Shown: positions 1 to 8,827, numbered from the stretch's first letter. The stretch is 33,554 nucleotides of DNA from an uncultured Candidatus Saccharibacteria bacterium (GCA_964408765.1 CAYPAR010000001.1:1-33554), one strand, 5' to 3'. The notes: generated from the sequence alone by a model not told the origin. Numbers and translations are program-made.

Positions 1-159
1 ATATATTTTCTGAGGTGTTGTATATACGGTTGTACTCTGATCTGTGAGGGATGTGTCAAACTTTTGAGTTTCTGTTGAATACGAAGAAAATGCAATTACT
101 GGTAATGGAATCAGCAAAATGAAAAGTGTAAGTAATACTATACCGTTAAAATTTTTCAT
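1..159 (-). CDS. Partial CDS (first 53 codons; continues beyond the left window edge): exported protein of unknown function
   Basis: Not in the ORF track because it is below the length cut-off. The reverse complement of 159..1 reads ATG AAA AAT TTT ... = MKNFNGIVLLTLFILLIPLPVIAFSSYSTETQKFDTSLTDQSTTVYTTPQKIY and stays open to the edge. It has a hydrophobic core followed by VIA|F, which is signal-peptide-like. It lies on the same strand, 42 nt downstream of the preceding gene. Confidence 0.45.
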   Translation of the reverse strand, partial: MKNFNGIVLLTLFILLIPLPVIAFSSYSTETQKFDTSLTDQSTTVYTTPQKIY

Positions 160-201
160 AGAAAGATTGTACCAAGAAATTGTACCTAACACAAAATAAT
201 G

Positions 202-1200
202 CTAATCAGGGGGAGGAGTTAAGAAATTTGTATTTTTTGTAATATACTGTCCATCTATTGCTAGAATGTACAGTTGTGTTTCTGTAATATAGGTTGTTTT
301 TTCCCAATCTTCATACACTGCATTACCATCTACTATATAGATAGGAAAAATATACCCATATGTGAAATCTTGAAAAGTGTAAGAACTTGATAGTTGCTTT
401 GCATCAAAAGTATTTAACTTAACGGAAACCCTTAAATGTGAACCTTTGCTAGCATACTTTTTATCCCAAGTAAGATTTTTAATTATAAACTTTTTAGTAC
501 TAACTATCTGTCTACTATCAATAGGAGAATAAAGAGAATAGAAATTAACACTAGATGGATTGTATAGAAATACTGAAAACTCCGTAATATTGCCTTCCGA
601 AGATACGTTAATAATAAAAGAGTATGATTCTAAATATATAGAGCCAAATGAGAAATCTTCTAAGTTATATTTCCCTCGATATGACAAGCCACCATCAGAA
701 AGTTTTTTAGTAATGATTTTATCCTTTGTTGCTTTATACCCAACAAGCTTCTCTACAAAGGAAATAACATCCTCCAAATTATTTATAGGATGAGAATTTA
801 GTTGATCGAGGACTTTATATATCAATACTCCTGTATCTTTGTTGTATGTTATCATTGAATTAGATGATTTCCAAAATATTGCAAGATCGGAACTAGATAC
901 CTCTTCTGCTTGTTCATCTAGTTTCTTTACAATATTTAATATATCTTCTTTGTATGGGAGAATCGTAAATACTTTAACTTTCTGATTCTCAGATAAGAGA
1001 TATGAATTTCTTGGTAAAGACCAGTTAAAACTATTCAAATTGTCCTGAAATGGAGTTGGTAAAGGTTTGTTCTCGGCTAATTCTACCTTTTGATTCTTAT
1101 TAAAATTAACAACAAGAATCCAAATTAGTAGTCCAATAACTAACCCAATACCTAATCCAATCAAAATATATTTTTTATATGTTTTTAAAAATTTTTTCAT
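202..1200 (-). CDS. N-terminally membrane-anchored (bitopic) protein, unknown function, Cys-free ectodomain of about 300 aa
   Basis: 332-aa ORF with an ATG start. Residues about 11-33 (YILIGLGIGLVIGLLIWILVVNF) form a single TM helix after a basic N-terminus. The rest is a mixed alpha/beta-looking soluble region. Only 11 nt separate it from the upstream gene, so it is an operon member. Confidence 0.75.
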   Translation of the reverse strand: MKKFLKTYKKYILIGLGIGLVIGLLIWILVVNFNKNQKVELAENKPLPTPFQDNLNSFNWSLPRNSYLLSENQKVKVFTILPYKEDILNIVKKLDEQAEEVSSSDLAIFWKSSNSMITYNKDTGVLIYKVLDQLNSHPINNLEDVISFVEKLVGYKATKDKIITKKLSDGGLSYRGKYNLEDFSFGSIYLESYSFIINVSSEGNITEFSVFLYNPSSVNFYSLYSPIDSRQIVSTKKFIIKNLTWDKKYASKGSHLRVSVKLNTFDAKQLSSSYTFQDFTYGYIFPIYIVDGNAVYEDWEKTTYITETQLYILAIDGQYITKNTNFLTPPPD

Positions 1201-1211
1201 TTTTAATTACC

Positions 1212-3776
1212 TCACATTCCATTATTTCTAATAGCAGAACTTACTATATCCCAACATAAAGATCCTGATTTACCAAGTGCCACATCTTCTAAATCTTGGT
1301 CTGTACAGCCTTGAGAAAGAAAATAATCCCTAGTTTCAGTTGCTTTGACTGCAGGCCCACCATTAACAGAGAAAGTATAACCACCCGCATTTCCAGAGAG
1401 ATAATCTGCTCCCCATTCTCCTATATGGAAGTTATAGTTACCATTTTGAATTATATGAATGACTTCATGTCTAAACAATCGAGACAAATATTCAGAAGAT
1501 GCTCCTATAACCTTATCTGCCTTGCAATATACTGGGACACCACTTATACACCACCAACCACCTTCTTTATACCTAGGATCAGAAGGATCTATCAACTCTA
1601 GATATGTACTTATTCCCATAGAAGCAGCTACCTGGTCAAAAATCTCTTGAACCGTTCCATCAAAAATTAAAATTCCTCCTATGAGATCTCCTTCTCCAAA
1701 AGAAGAACCCCCATACGGTACTTTGAAATCTGTTTCTCCTAAAACAACTTCACCAGGAGCTACATGTGCATACTGATTCTTCATAACAACACTAAGAACA
1801 GAGGGTACCATAACAATAGTAGCAATAATCCCAACAATCGTAAGAACAAAGACTGTAAGAGATGTCTTTATAACTGGTTTTGCAATCTTTACCCCTATAT
1901 TTATAGCTATACTAGCTGCAACATCTACCAAAAAACCAACTACAGCTCCAGCTCCTGCTGTAGTTACACCTAAGGCAGCTATAACAGCCGTCTTAATTCC
2001 TTCAAGTAAAACTTTAAACCCACCAACACGCATCCATTTCCCGATAAGCTTCTTGGCAGGACCATCTTTTATCATTAGTAACAACCGTTTTCCTATCTGT
2101 TGCCTTAGTTTCTGCATAGAACCTCCTAATCGATCAGTAATCAACTTAGTAAACCTGCTCTTAGCCCTACCAAGCGCACCAAATCTAAATGCCATCTTCT
2201 GTAATTTCTCGTTTTTTTTCACAAACTTGAGTAATTTATCAAATTTCCCTTGGTCTAGAACATTTGTGAAAGAATGTAGATATGCTTCACCATTCTCACC
2301 AAATAATTGATCTAGATTTACCCTATCAAGCCAGCCTTCTTTCTCCATCAATTTTAAGAATTTTTCCTGTTGCTTAAATGCTCTATATGCAAAACCCTCT
2401 CCTGTTGCTAATGTCTTAATCCAAACACTTGGTGTATTGTAATACGCTTCGGTCATCATTCTGTAATATTCATTCATGAACTTACTACCTTTACCTGTAA
2501 CAACTCTAGGTATTTTGAATTTAGGTATTTCATCCCTATCTGTCTGAATAAATCTACCTATACCCAACACCTCTTTTTCCTGAACTGGCAAGAACTTTCC
2601 TTCAAATATAGTATTCTTTCTTTTGTCAAAGAAATCACCTGACAATATTGCAGGAAGTAACTGACCACCCATTGTATATTCCCAAGCAGAAGATGTAGAT
2701 GATAAAATACCATCCCATTTTCCAAGTTTTTGAGCTACTTTCTGAGCATTAAACATCCTTAATTCTTTGTTTGTGTCAGATATCTTTGATCTAAGATTTT
2801 TAATAAGATTTTTGTCAGGATTACTAGATTTTAACAGTGTAGATAAGTCTTCTTTGTATTGTTTTAATTCATCTTTTTTCTTTTCTAAATACCTATCCCT
2901 GAGATTCCTCTGCGCAAAAAGATCAACACCTTTCTGTGCACTCTTGTATTTATCTGCAAGCTCAGTATCACCAGCAGCTCTTGCTCTAGCCTCTTTTGTA
3001 GCCATGTTATGACTTTCAAATACTGGATAAAGTGTTTGGTAGTTGTTATCAGAGACATTATCTAATACTGAAGAAATCTTACTGTCGTCTGATCCTTGCC
3101 TGACCTCATTGTCATATGCCCTAAAAGCCTCCTGCAATTTCTTGTATACTTCAGCTCCCCTTTCATTCCCCAGAGACCTTTTAAGAGAACTCTCAGAAAT
3201 ATTTCTGTAGTTTCCAAATTCTCCCTTTACAACTTTTTCTAAATAATCTCTATTTTTTGCCCATGCTCCTAACTTTTCTTCTAGTCTTTTAGAACTTTTA
3301 TCAAGGAAAACATCTTCCCCACCCATGTTAAACAATGCATTTTGAGTTTCTAAATCTAAGCCATATTTTTTTGCCCAAGTAGCAGCAACAACTCCAGATA
3401 ATCGTTCTCCAGCCCAAGCCATTTTTCCAAGTTTCCTATTTATCTCTAACCTCTCAAATTGTTTATCAACAAAAGATAGATCATTATTTAGGACTCCCTT
3501 GATATCTAGGAGTCTGAACTTTATTTGTTCTTCTGGACTAAGATTAACAATTGCTACCTCAGTATTAACTACATCATTGAAAGCATCAACAGCTGTTTTG
3601 TTTACAAATTGTCCAGGATTTTCAAGGACTGCGGCTAATGCATCAATATACTCACTGGTACCATCAAAACCTGTAATTTTTACAGGTTTCCTTTTATCAG
3701 GAGGTTTTTGAGATTCTGTGAATATAAAGTCAAAAACCGACCCGAGAGCATCTTCATATTGCTTCTGTTTTGGCAT
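1212..3776 (-). CDS. Large membrane protein: a soluble, coiled-coil-rich N-terminal region of about 595 aa, a hydrophobic Gly/Ala-rich TM block, and a C-terminal HExxH (HEVIHIIQ) metallopeptidase-like domain
   Basis: 854-aa ORF with an ATG start and TGA stop. There is no signal peptide. The hydrophobic block spans aa 596-666 (AVIAALGVTTAGAGAVVGFLVDVAASIAINIGV ... TSLTVFVLTIVGIIATIVMVPSVLSVVM; nt 1779-1991). The motif HEVIH lies at aa 770-774 (nt 1455-1469, verified as CATGAAGTCATTCAT on the minus strand), followed by IIQ and GEWGAD. All 4 Cys of the protein lie in the last 190 aa. Confidence 0.8.
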   Translation of the reverse strand: MPKQKQYEDALGSVFDFIFTESQKPPDKRKPVKITGFDGTSEYIDALAAVLENPGQFVNKTAVDAFNDVVNTEVAIVNLSPEEQIKFRLLDIKGVLNNDLSFVDKQFERLEINRKLGKMAWAGERLSGVVAATWAKKYGLDLETQNALFNMGGEDVFLDKSSKRLEEKLGAWAKNRDYLEKVVKGEFGNYRNISESSLKRSLGNERGAEVYKKLQEAFRAYDNEVRQGSDDSKISSVLDNVSDNNYQTLYPVFESHNMATKEARARAAGDTELADKYKSAQKGVDLFAQRNLRDRYLEKKKDELKQYKEDLSTLLKSSNPDKNLIKNLRSKISDTNKELRMFNAQKVAQKLGKWDGILSSTSSAWEYTMGGQLLPAILSGDFFDKRKNTIFEGKFLPVQEKEVLGIGRFIQTDRDEIPKFKIPRVVTGKGSKFMNEYYRMMTEAYYNTPSVWIKTLATGEGFAYRAFKQQEKFLKLMEKEGWLDRVNLDQLFGENGEAYLHSFTNVLDQGKFDKLLKFVKKNEKLQKMAFRFGALGRAKSRFTKLITDRLGGSMQKLRQQIGKRLLLMIKDGPAKKLIGKWMRVGGFKVLLEGIKTAVIAALGVTTAGAGAVVGFLVDVAASIAINIGVKIAKPVIKTSLTVFVLTIVGIIATIVMVPSVLSVVMKNQYAHVAPGEVVLGETDFKVPYGGSSFGEGDLIGGILIFDGTVQEIFDQVAASMGISTYLELIDPSDPRYKEGGWWCISGVPVYCKADKVIGASSEYLSRLFRHEVIHIIQNGNYNFHIGEWGADYLSGNAGGYTFSVNGGPAVKATETRDYFLSQGCTDQDLEDVALGKSGSLCWDIVSSAIRNNGM

Positions 3777-3801
3777 TTGACTTAAATATTACAATTAATT
3801 A

Positions 3802-5139
3802 CTACTTCATCATTCCTCCAAGCAAAGGAATTTTGGCCAAATTCTCTTTAATTATTTTTCCTGTTTCTGTTTTAGGTACGGTTGCTGGAATTATGGCTTT
3901 TACTATCTCGGGTGCTGTTGCAGCTACATAAATAGCAACAATCTTACCAACATTAATTACCAACCATGGTACTAGTGTAGAAGTACTAGTACTAGTACCA
4001 ACAAGTGTTTCTGGGAATACCAATCTAATTCCTCTACCCTCAAATGCATATGGAAGATTCACTATTGCAAAAGCTACTGGGAAAATTAGAACATTTCTAG
4101 CTACAGACTTAAAAGTATTAAGCATTGAAGCTTCATTACCAGGAAGAGCACCAAAGAGAATTGTAAAAGGTGCTACTATTAAATTAACTAAGATACCAAA
4201 ATATGCTTTTAATAATACAATCCAAAGCTTGATTGCTCCGATAAGCACGATAGCTACAATCACGAGTGCAAATATACCCAAAATAACACCAACAGGGCCC
4301 AATTTAACAAAACCAGCTATCATCAGACCTAATCCTAAACCCCCACTAATACCAGTTGGAGGAGACTTTAGGATAAAATTACCTAACAGTGTCAACGGAT
4401 TATGAACCTCTATCGCAGAAATAGGATTTTCTGGATAGAGTAAGTTGGCAATGATATTTCTAATCACTCCACCGATATCTATAATTATCCCTATAATCGC
4501 AAAGCTAAATGTGACAAGAAGAAGTGATAAAACTAATTTCGGAATAGAGTTCCCTAATGTTACCATAACTTGCCCCCCTATCTTGTTTCTAAACATAATC
4601 ATAAAGCCAATAACTATCATAATCACCACATAGAATACATATGCGATATTCCTTGTATGAGACCATAGATCTACAATACGAGTCTCTTCTAAATCATCAA
4701 AACCACTAGCATATACGGAGTTGGCCTGTTTATATCCAGGAACCCACTCCTCTGCAAGGTGGGCAACAACATCTATCTTCGGTTGATTATCAAATGTAGC
4801 TACTAATCCTTGATCAACTCTTTCAACTAAACCCATCTTCAATTCATCTGGAAGTTCTTCTGAGTTCTCAAAACATGTTGGACACATACCTTGTAGCAAA
4901 CTCATAGAATGCCCTAAGATTGCTTTGGCTGATCCTTTCTCAACATTCTGAGATTTAGTCTCATTTTGATTAATGGTATCTGATACCGTTGCAGCATCTT
5001 CATAAACTTTAGTATTATCTATAAGTTTTACTTCTACCTCTTCTCCAAAATCCTCCTGTGCTATTACATTAAAAGGCAAAAACAGGAAAAAGAGGGAAGT
5101 AGCAACAGCTGTAATTGATAAGAATCTAAGTCTTTTCAT
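3802..5139 (-). CDS. Polytopic integral membrane protein (signal peptide plus about 6-7 TM helices) with an exported N-terminal domain carrying a CPTC motif; its topology resembles VirB6/TrbL-type channel proteins (unverified)
   Basis: 445-aa ORF with an ATG start. The signal peptide is MKRLRFLSITAVATSLFFLFLPFNVIA|QE. An acidic exported region of about 135 aa follows, then repeated long hydrophobic segments (IAYVFYVVIMIVIGFMIMF, LVLSLLLVTFSFAIIGIIIDIGG, GLGLMIAGF..GVILGIFALVIVAIVLIGAI, and others). The only two Cys are C86 and C89 (CPTC, nt 4873-4884). Confidence 0.8.
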   Translation of the reverse strand: MKRLRFLSITAVATSLFFLFLPFNVIAQEDFGEEVEVKLIDNTKVYEDAATVSDTINQNETKSQNVEKGSAKAILGHSMSLLQGMCPTCFENSEELPDELKMGLVERVDQGLVATFDNQPKIDVVAHLAEEWVPGYKQANSVYASGFDDLEETRIVDLWSHTRNIAYVFYVVIMIVIGFMIMFRNKIGGQVMVTLGNSIPKLVLSLLLVTFSFAIIGIIIDIGGVIRNIIANLLYPENPISAIEVHNPLTLLGNFILKSPPTGISGGLGLGLMIAGFVKLGPVGVILGIFALVIVAIVLIGAIKLWIVLLKAYFGILVNLIVAPFTILFGALPGNEASMLNTFKSVARNVLIFPVAFAIVNLPYAFEGRGIRLVFPETLVGTSTSTSTLVPWLVINVGKIVAIYVAATAPEIVKAIIPATVPKTETGKIIKENLAKIPLLGGMMK

Positions 5140-5160
5140 TTTTTAATATTAATAATTTAT

Positions 5161-6642
5161 TTAATCGATTTCGTACTTCTTAGCAGATAATTTCATAGAT
5201 TGAACTACAGAATTCCAGTAAAAACCGAAATTTGCAGGAAAATCCCCTTGATTTGGTGCCTTATCTTTCTCTTGTAGATTGAAGTTTGATAGTATAGGGG
5301 ATGCATCCCACAAACACAATACTGGTACATTTCTACCATCTATTCTTAAAGCACACTCTGTTGCTACAAAAAACATAATAGATGTTTTGGGATTACCTGA
5401 CATTTTTAGACCACCAGATTCCGAAGGAGAGAGGGTTTCCCTATATGCTTGTGTCAAAAATGCATTTGCACAAAGTTCCTTTTCACAGTTATCTGGTTCT
5501 CCAAATATTGGAGTCATCTTAATTCCTAAAGATTTAGGATCTACACATTCTCCTGATTTTTCTGTTTTTATAATAGTTTCTCCAGTTTCAGGATTTACAC
5601 TTTGAACTTCCTCCCCAACTGTACACCTCTTCCATTGAGAAAATCCGAATGTTGCCATAAATCGCCCACTAATAATCGCTAACACATTTATACAAGATGT
5701 TACAACACCATCCTCATTCTCTATCTTCTTGTAATCCTTACCCTCTACAAGACATTCAGAGTTATCAGATATTACTTTTTCGTCCCCTCCTGGAGCTTGA
5801 GCGCCAAGATATCCACCATATTTTTCATCAGACGCAATATAGTTTGACTTGCCAACATTATAATCAGATATTGCTAGCTTTGGCTCACAAGTCTTTCCAT
5901 AAACTGTACACTCTGGTTGATGAGATCTATCTTCAACTTGGTATTTACCTTCAACATCGTTTAAGTCTTCTACATCTCCTATATTCATCTTAATTTTTCC
6001 TTCAACAACAAAAGGTTTTTTCTCAGTACCAGAAATAGATTCATTAAACTCTATAGCTTCTTGAGGCGATAAGGTTCTTGAAACTATTTCCGGATCAATC
6101 TGTTGTCCATTAGATCTAGTTTCTGGAGAATTCTTTCGTATCTGTTTATTACTATCTATAAATGTATATTGTCCTTTCCATAAAGCTAATGGATAAGTTA
6201 CTTTTGTTATCTCAATCTTAGAGTCTTTACTTACAATAACACCCTGTCCGCTAGATCCAGATTCCTGACCTTCTGAGAAATCAATTGCACCACTACCCTG
6301 TGTAGAGCAAACATACCTTTTTGATGAGAGGAAGTTTGCAGGATCTATTCCCTGACAGTCGGAACCAGAAATACCTAAGACTGATGAATCAGAGGAATCC
6401 AGTAATGTTACAGTTTGTGAATTATCTAATAGAATATAGTTTATAGACGCATTCTCATCTATCACCTCTTCTATAATCTCACCTGTCTGACAATTTGTAC
6501 ATTCTGCTGGTTGAGATACAGGAAGTTGTGGTTCTGTTTTACTAAAATCTATTTTTGAGAAAATATTTACCATCCATAACGAAAAAAGGGAGAGTCCAAT
6601 GAGAAAGAACATAGCTTTTGTATTTATAGGTTTTTTTCTCAT
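5161..6642 (-). CDS. Secreted or N-anchored cysteine-rich protein (14 Cys), unknown function
   Basis: 493-aa ORF. The N-terminal hydrophobic segment is AMFFLIGLSLFSLWMVNIF. I counted 14 Cys by hand, all after the hydrophobic segment. Its ATG overlaps the upstream stop codon in an ATGA arrangement (nt 6639-6642), which implies translational coupling. Confidence 0.8.
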   Translation of the reverse strand: MRKKPINTKAMFFLIGLSLFSLWMVNIFSKIDFSKTEPQLPVSQPAECTNCQTGEIIEEVIDENASINYILLDNSQTVTLLDSSDSSVLGISGSDCQGIDPANFLSSKRYVCSTQGSGAIDFSEGQESGSSGQGVIVSKDSKIEITKVTYPLALWKGQYTFIDSNKQIRKNSPETRSNGQQIDPEIVSRTLSPQEAIEFNESISGTEKKPFVVEGKIKMNIGDVEDLNDVEGKYQVEDRSHQPECTVYGKTCEPKLAISDYNVGKSNYIASDEKYGGYLGAQAPGGDEKVISDNSECLVEGKDYKKIENEDGVVTSCINVLAIISGRFMATFGFSQWKRCTVGEEVQSVNPETGETIIKTEKSGECVDPKSLGIKMTPIFGEPDNCEKELCANAFLTQAYRETLSPSESGGLKMSGNPKTSIMFFVATECALRIDGRNVPVLCLWDASPILSNFNLQEKDKAPNQGDFPANFGFYWNSVVQSMKLSAKKYEID

Positions 6643-8462
6643 AAGTTTCTAGACATTTTACCATTTCCCTTCGTTCTTTTCCTAGAGGAGATATATAGTA
6701 ATACTCCTAATATTACTAGAGAGATAGAGAATAAGATTATACCAACAAGATTATCCATTATACCTGTATTTGGTGTTGTGGTTGTCTCTGTCATAGTAAT
6801 AGCATTTGGGTCATTTGTAATTCCATAATTGCTCAGTTGTGAGATAGATTTGGTAGATTCTGTTGATGGTAATGATTCAAGAGCTATTTTAATATCACGT
6901 TTATCAATACTATCCATACTCTCTTCATGGGTAGATGTTCCAAATGTCGTATATGGTTTAAGAACTAACTTATCCTCTGAGGTATATTCAAAGTATGAAT
7001 CTTTACTGTTAGATCTCATATCTCCGATAGATAATACCCAACCACCTGAATCATCCGCCAAAGAAGAAACCTCATAACTTTCCCCTAAGGTTCCTATTTC
7101 ATCTCCATCCTTTATACTACCGATAACAATAGTTTCTCCATGTTCAGGCATGTTAGTAAATTTCCCAGTTACAGAAACAAAAGGAGGAGCACTGTCGATG
7201 GTATTTAAAGTTGTTACAGGATATTTTCTCTCATTATTATTGTAAGTATCATCTCCAGAGATTATTTCAAAGTAATATTTTGTTTCAGGTTGTAAACGAT
7301 CTACCTTTACAGAATGAAGGTAGAAAGATCCCTTTGGAGATATGCCATCTCTCTGATCATATGCTGTATTGGACAAATTCTCCGCTGAAATTCCATACTT
7401 AACACTTCCTATTTCTTTTTTTTCTGATACCCAAAGTACTGTAAAGCCACTATCTGTTAGATTAGTTACTTTTACACTTTCTGGACCGACATTAGTAGAT
7501 ACTCTACTTATTTCAAGTAATTCCTTCCACTGTAATTGATGTACTATCCTGTATTCTCTATTTGTAAACTCTTCTTCAGGAGTCTTTTCTTCTTCAACAG
7601 GTATTACTGGTACTACCGGTTGAACAGGTACTACTGGGCTTACTGGCGGTGTGGGTTCTTCAGGAGGATTAGTAGCCAAAACCATTAGTTTTGCAGCATC
7701 TGGGATTTTGGGATATATATCTAAGTCTGTACTTAATGTTAACTGATTTGCTTCTTTTAGTGTACCACTACTATCAAAAAGACTAGAATATGTACCTATG
7801 AGTTCGGCTCCACCAATATTACCACCTGTTGCTAATATTGTTATCCCAGTATCATCTTTTACAGTTGCTCTTGATTTATCTGCAATCTTTAATAAAGCTG
7901 AAAGATCTGTAATCCAGGTTTTACTATTACCTAAAGTAGCAGAAACTGGATATGTACTCTTATCACTTAAGAATATATATATTAAAACATCATCTGTTGT
8001 TGCCATTGCTATCTCTCCACTAGCTGGATTTACAGAAGGGAGATCTGCTGATATTGGAGCGGTAGTAAATGTTAAATCTTTGCCTTCACTAGATGAGTAT
8101 TTGGTATTATTTGATTTAAGCTTGAAGTTATATTGTGTATTTGGTTCTAAGTTTTCAACCTCTACATAGTGTGTATATCTTCTATCACTGCCTCTTGCAT
8201 CTCTAATTTCGGATTTCTCTTGATTATTCTCAAGTAGAATTAAAGTACCATATGTTTTGGTATCTGTAGTCCAAGATATTGTGGCCATTGTTGTTGTAAT
8301 ATTGCTTATAACAACATTCTTAGGATCTGTATCTCCAGATGCTTTAGATACTATTTGAACAACCTTATACGCTGCAAATAGAAGAAGAGGCAATCCTATA
8401 ATCAGAATTGCCATTATAATACTCTGTCTTCTTTTTCTTTGAGGTAATTGAGCTATCTTCAT
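6639..8462 (-). CDS. Surface protein with an N-terminal TM/signal anchor, two FN3-like (purple-acid-phosphatase-N-type) modules, a Pro-rich linker, and a C-terminal LPXTG-like sorting signal (TPNTG + TM + basic tail)
   Basis: 607-aa ORF with no Cys at all. The FN3-like signatures are VVISNITTTMATISWTTDT...YTHYVEVENLEPNTQYNFK and VKVTNLTDSGFTVLWVSE...YLHSVKVDRLQPETKYYFE. The linker is NPPEEPTPPVSPVVPVQPVVPVIPVEEE (nt 7572-7670). The C-terminus is TPNTG-IMDNLVGIILFSISLVILGVLLYI-SSRKRTKGNGKMSRNL (nt 6642-6776). Confidence 0.85.
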   Translation of the reverse strand: MKIAQLPQRKRRQSIIMAILIIGLPLLLFAAYKVVQIVSKASGDTDPKNVVISNITTTMATISWTTDTKTYGTLILLENNQEKSEIRDARGSDRRYTHYVEVENLEPNTQYNFKLKSNNTKYSSSEGKDLTFTTAPISADLPSVNPASGEIAMATTDDVLIYIFLSDKSTYPVSATLGNSKTWITDLSALLKIADKSRATVKDDTGITILATGGNIGGAELIGTYSSLFDSSGTLKEANQLTLSTDLDIYPKIPDAAKLMVLATNPPEEPTPPVSPVVPVQPVVPVIPVEEEKTPEEEFTNREYRIVHQLQWKELLEISRVSTNVGPESVKVTNLTDSGFTVLWVSEKKEIGSVKYGISAENLSNTAYDQRDGISPKGSFYLHSVKVDRLQPETKYYFEIISGDDTYNNNERKYPVTTLNTIDSAPPFVSVTGKFTNMPEHGETIVIGSIKDGDEIGTLGESYEVSSLADDSGGWVLSIGDMRSNSKDSYFEYTSEDKLVLKPYTTFGTSTHEESMDSIDKRDIKIALESLPSTESTKSISQLSNYGITNDPNAITMTETTTTPNTGIMDNLVGIILFSISLVILGVLLYISSRKRTKGNGKMSRNL

Positions 8463-8516
8463 TAAGAAATATGATACCTAGAAGAAGGAATTATTACAAT
8501 ACAACAAGATATATTC

Positions 8517-8807
8517 TTACTCTTCCTCTTTACTCTGTTCTCCTGTTAGACCTGATATGAAACCACTTACAGCAGATATTCCAGATCCTATACCTCTGAT
8601 TGGTTTTACTATGCTTTCATTTACTTCTTCTACTGTACCTTTCACTGTAGACATTACAGAGTGAGCATCAGAGGTAATATCTTCTACATTCTTTAATGTT
8701 CTTCTAGAATCTTTTATAAACATACCTAATTCAAATAGTATGAAAGATAATAGAGATGCTAGTATACCAACGACTATCATCCAATATATTGGAGGTATTG
8801 TTTCCAT
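8517..8807 (-). CDS. Small N-terminally anchored membrane protein, DUF948-like (TM helix plus a helical, Gly/Ser-rich tail)
   Basis: 96-aa ORF with an ATG start. It has one TM helix (IYWMIVVGILASLLSFILFELGMFI). This is followed by KDSRRTLKNVEDITSDAHSVMSTVKGTVEEVNESI, which resembles the DUF948 pattern as I remember it. It sits 20 nt downstream of the giant gene. Confidence 0.6.
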   Translation of the reverse strand: METIPPIYWMIVVGILASLLSFILFELGMFIKDSRRTLKNVEDITSDAHSVMSTVKGTVEEVNESIVKPIRGIGSGISAVSGFISGLTGEQSKEEE

Positions 8808-8827
8808 ATGTTTAACTTTAAATTTAA

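Noticed and set aside
1212-3776. Phage tail tape-measure protein or prophage remnant as an explanation for the 854-aa protein (coiled coil + Gly/Ala hydrophobic block + C-terminal hydrolase-like domain)
   Set aside because: No capsid, portal, terminase, tail, or integrase genes are present anywhere in the window. The neighbours are all exported or membrane proteins in one operon. I keep it only as an alternative to test by HHpred.
6858-6872. LPSTE pentapeptide (aa 531-535 of the 607-aa protein) as the sortase motif
   Set aside because: It is not followed by a hydrophobic segment and it ends in E rather than G. The TPNTG motif 28 residues downstream sits in the canonical position directly before the TM helix and basic tail.
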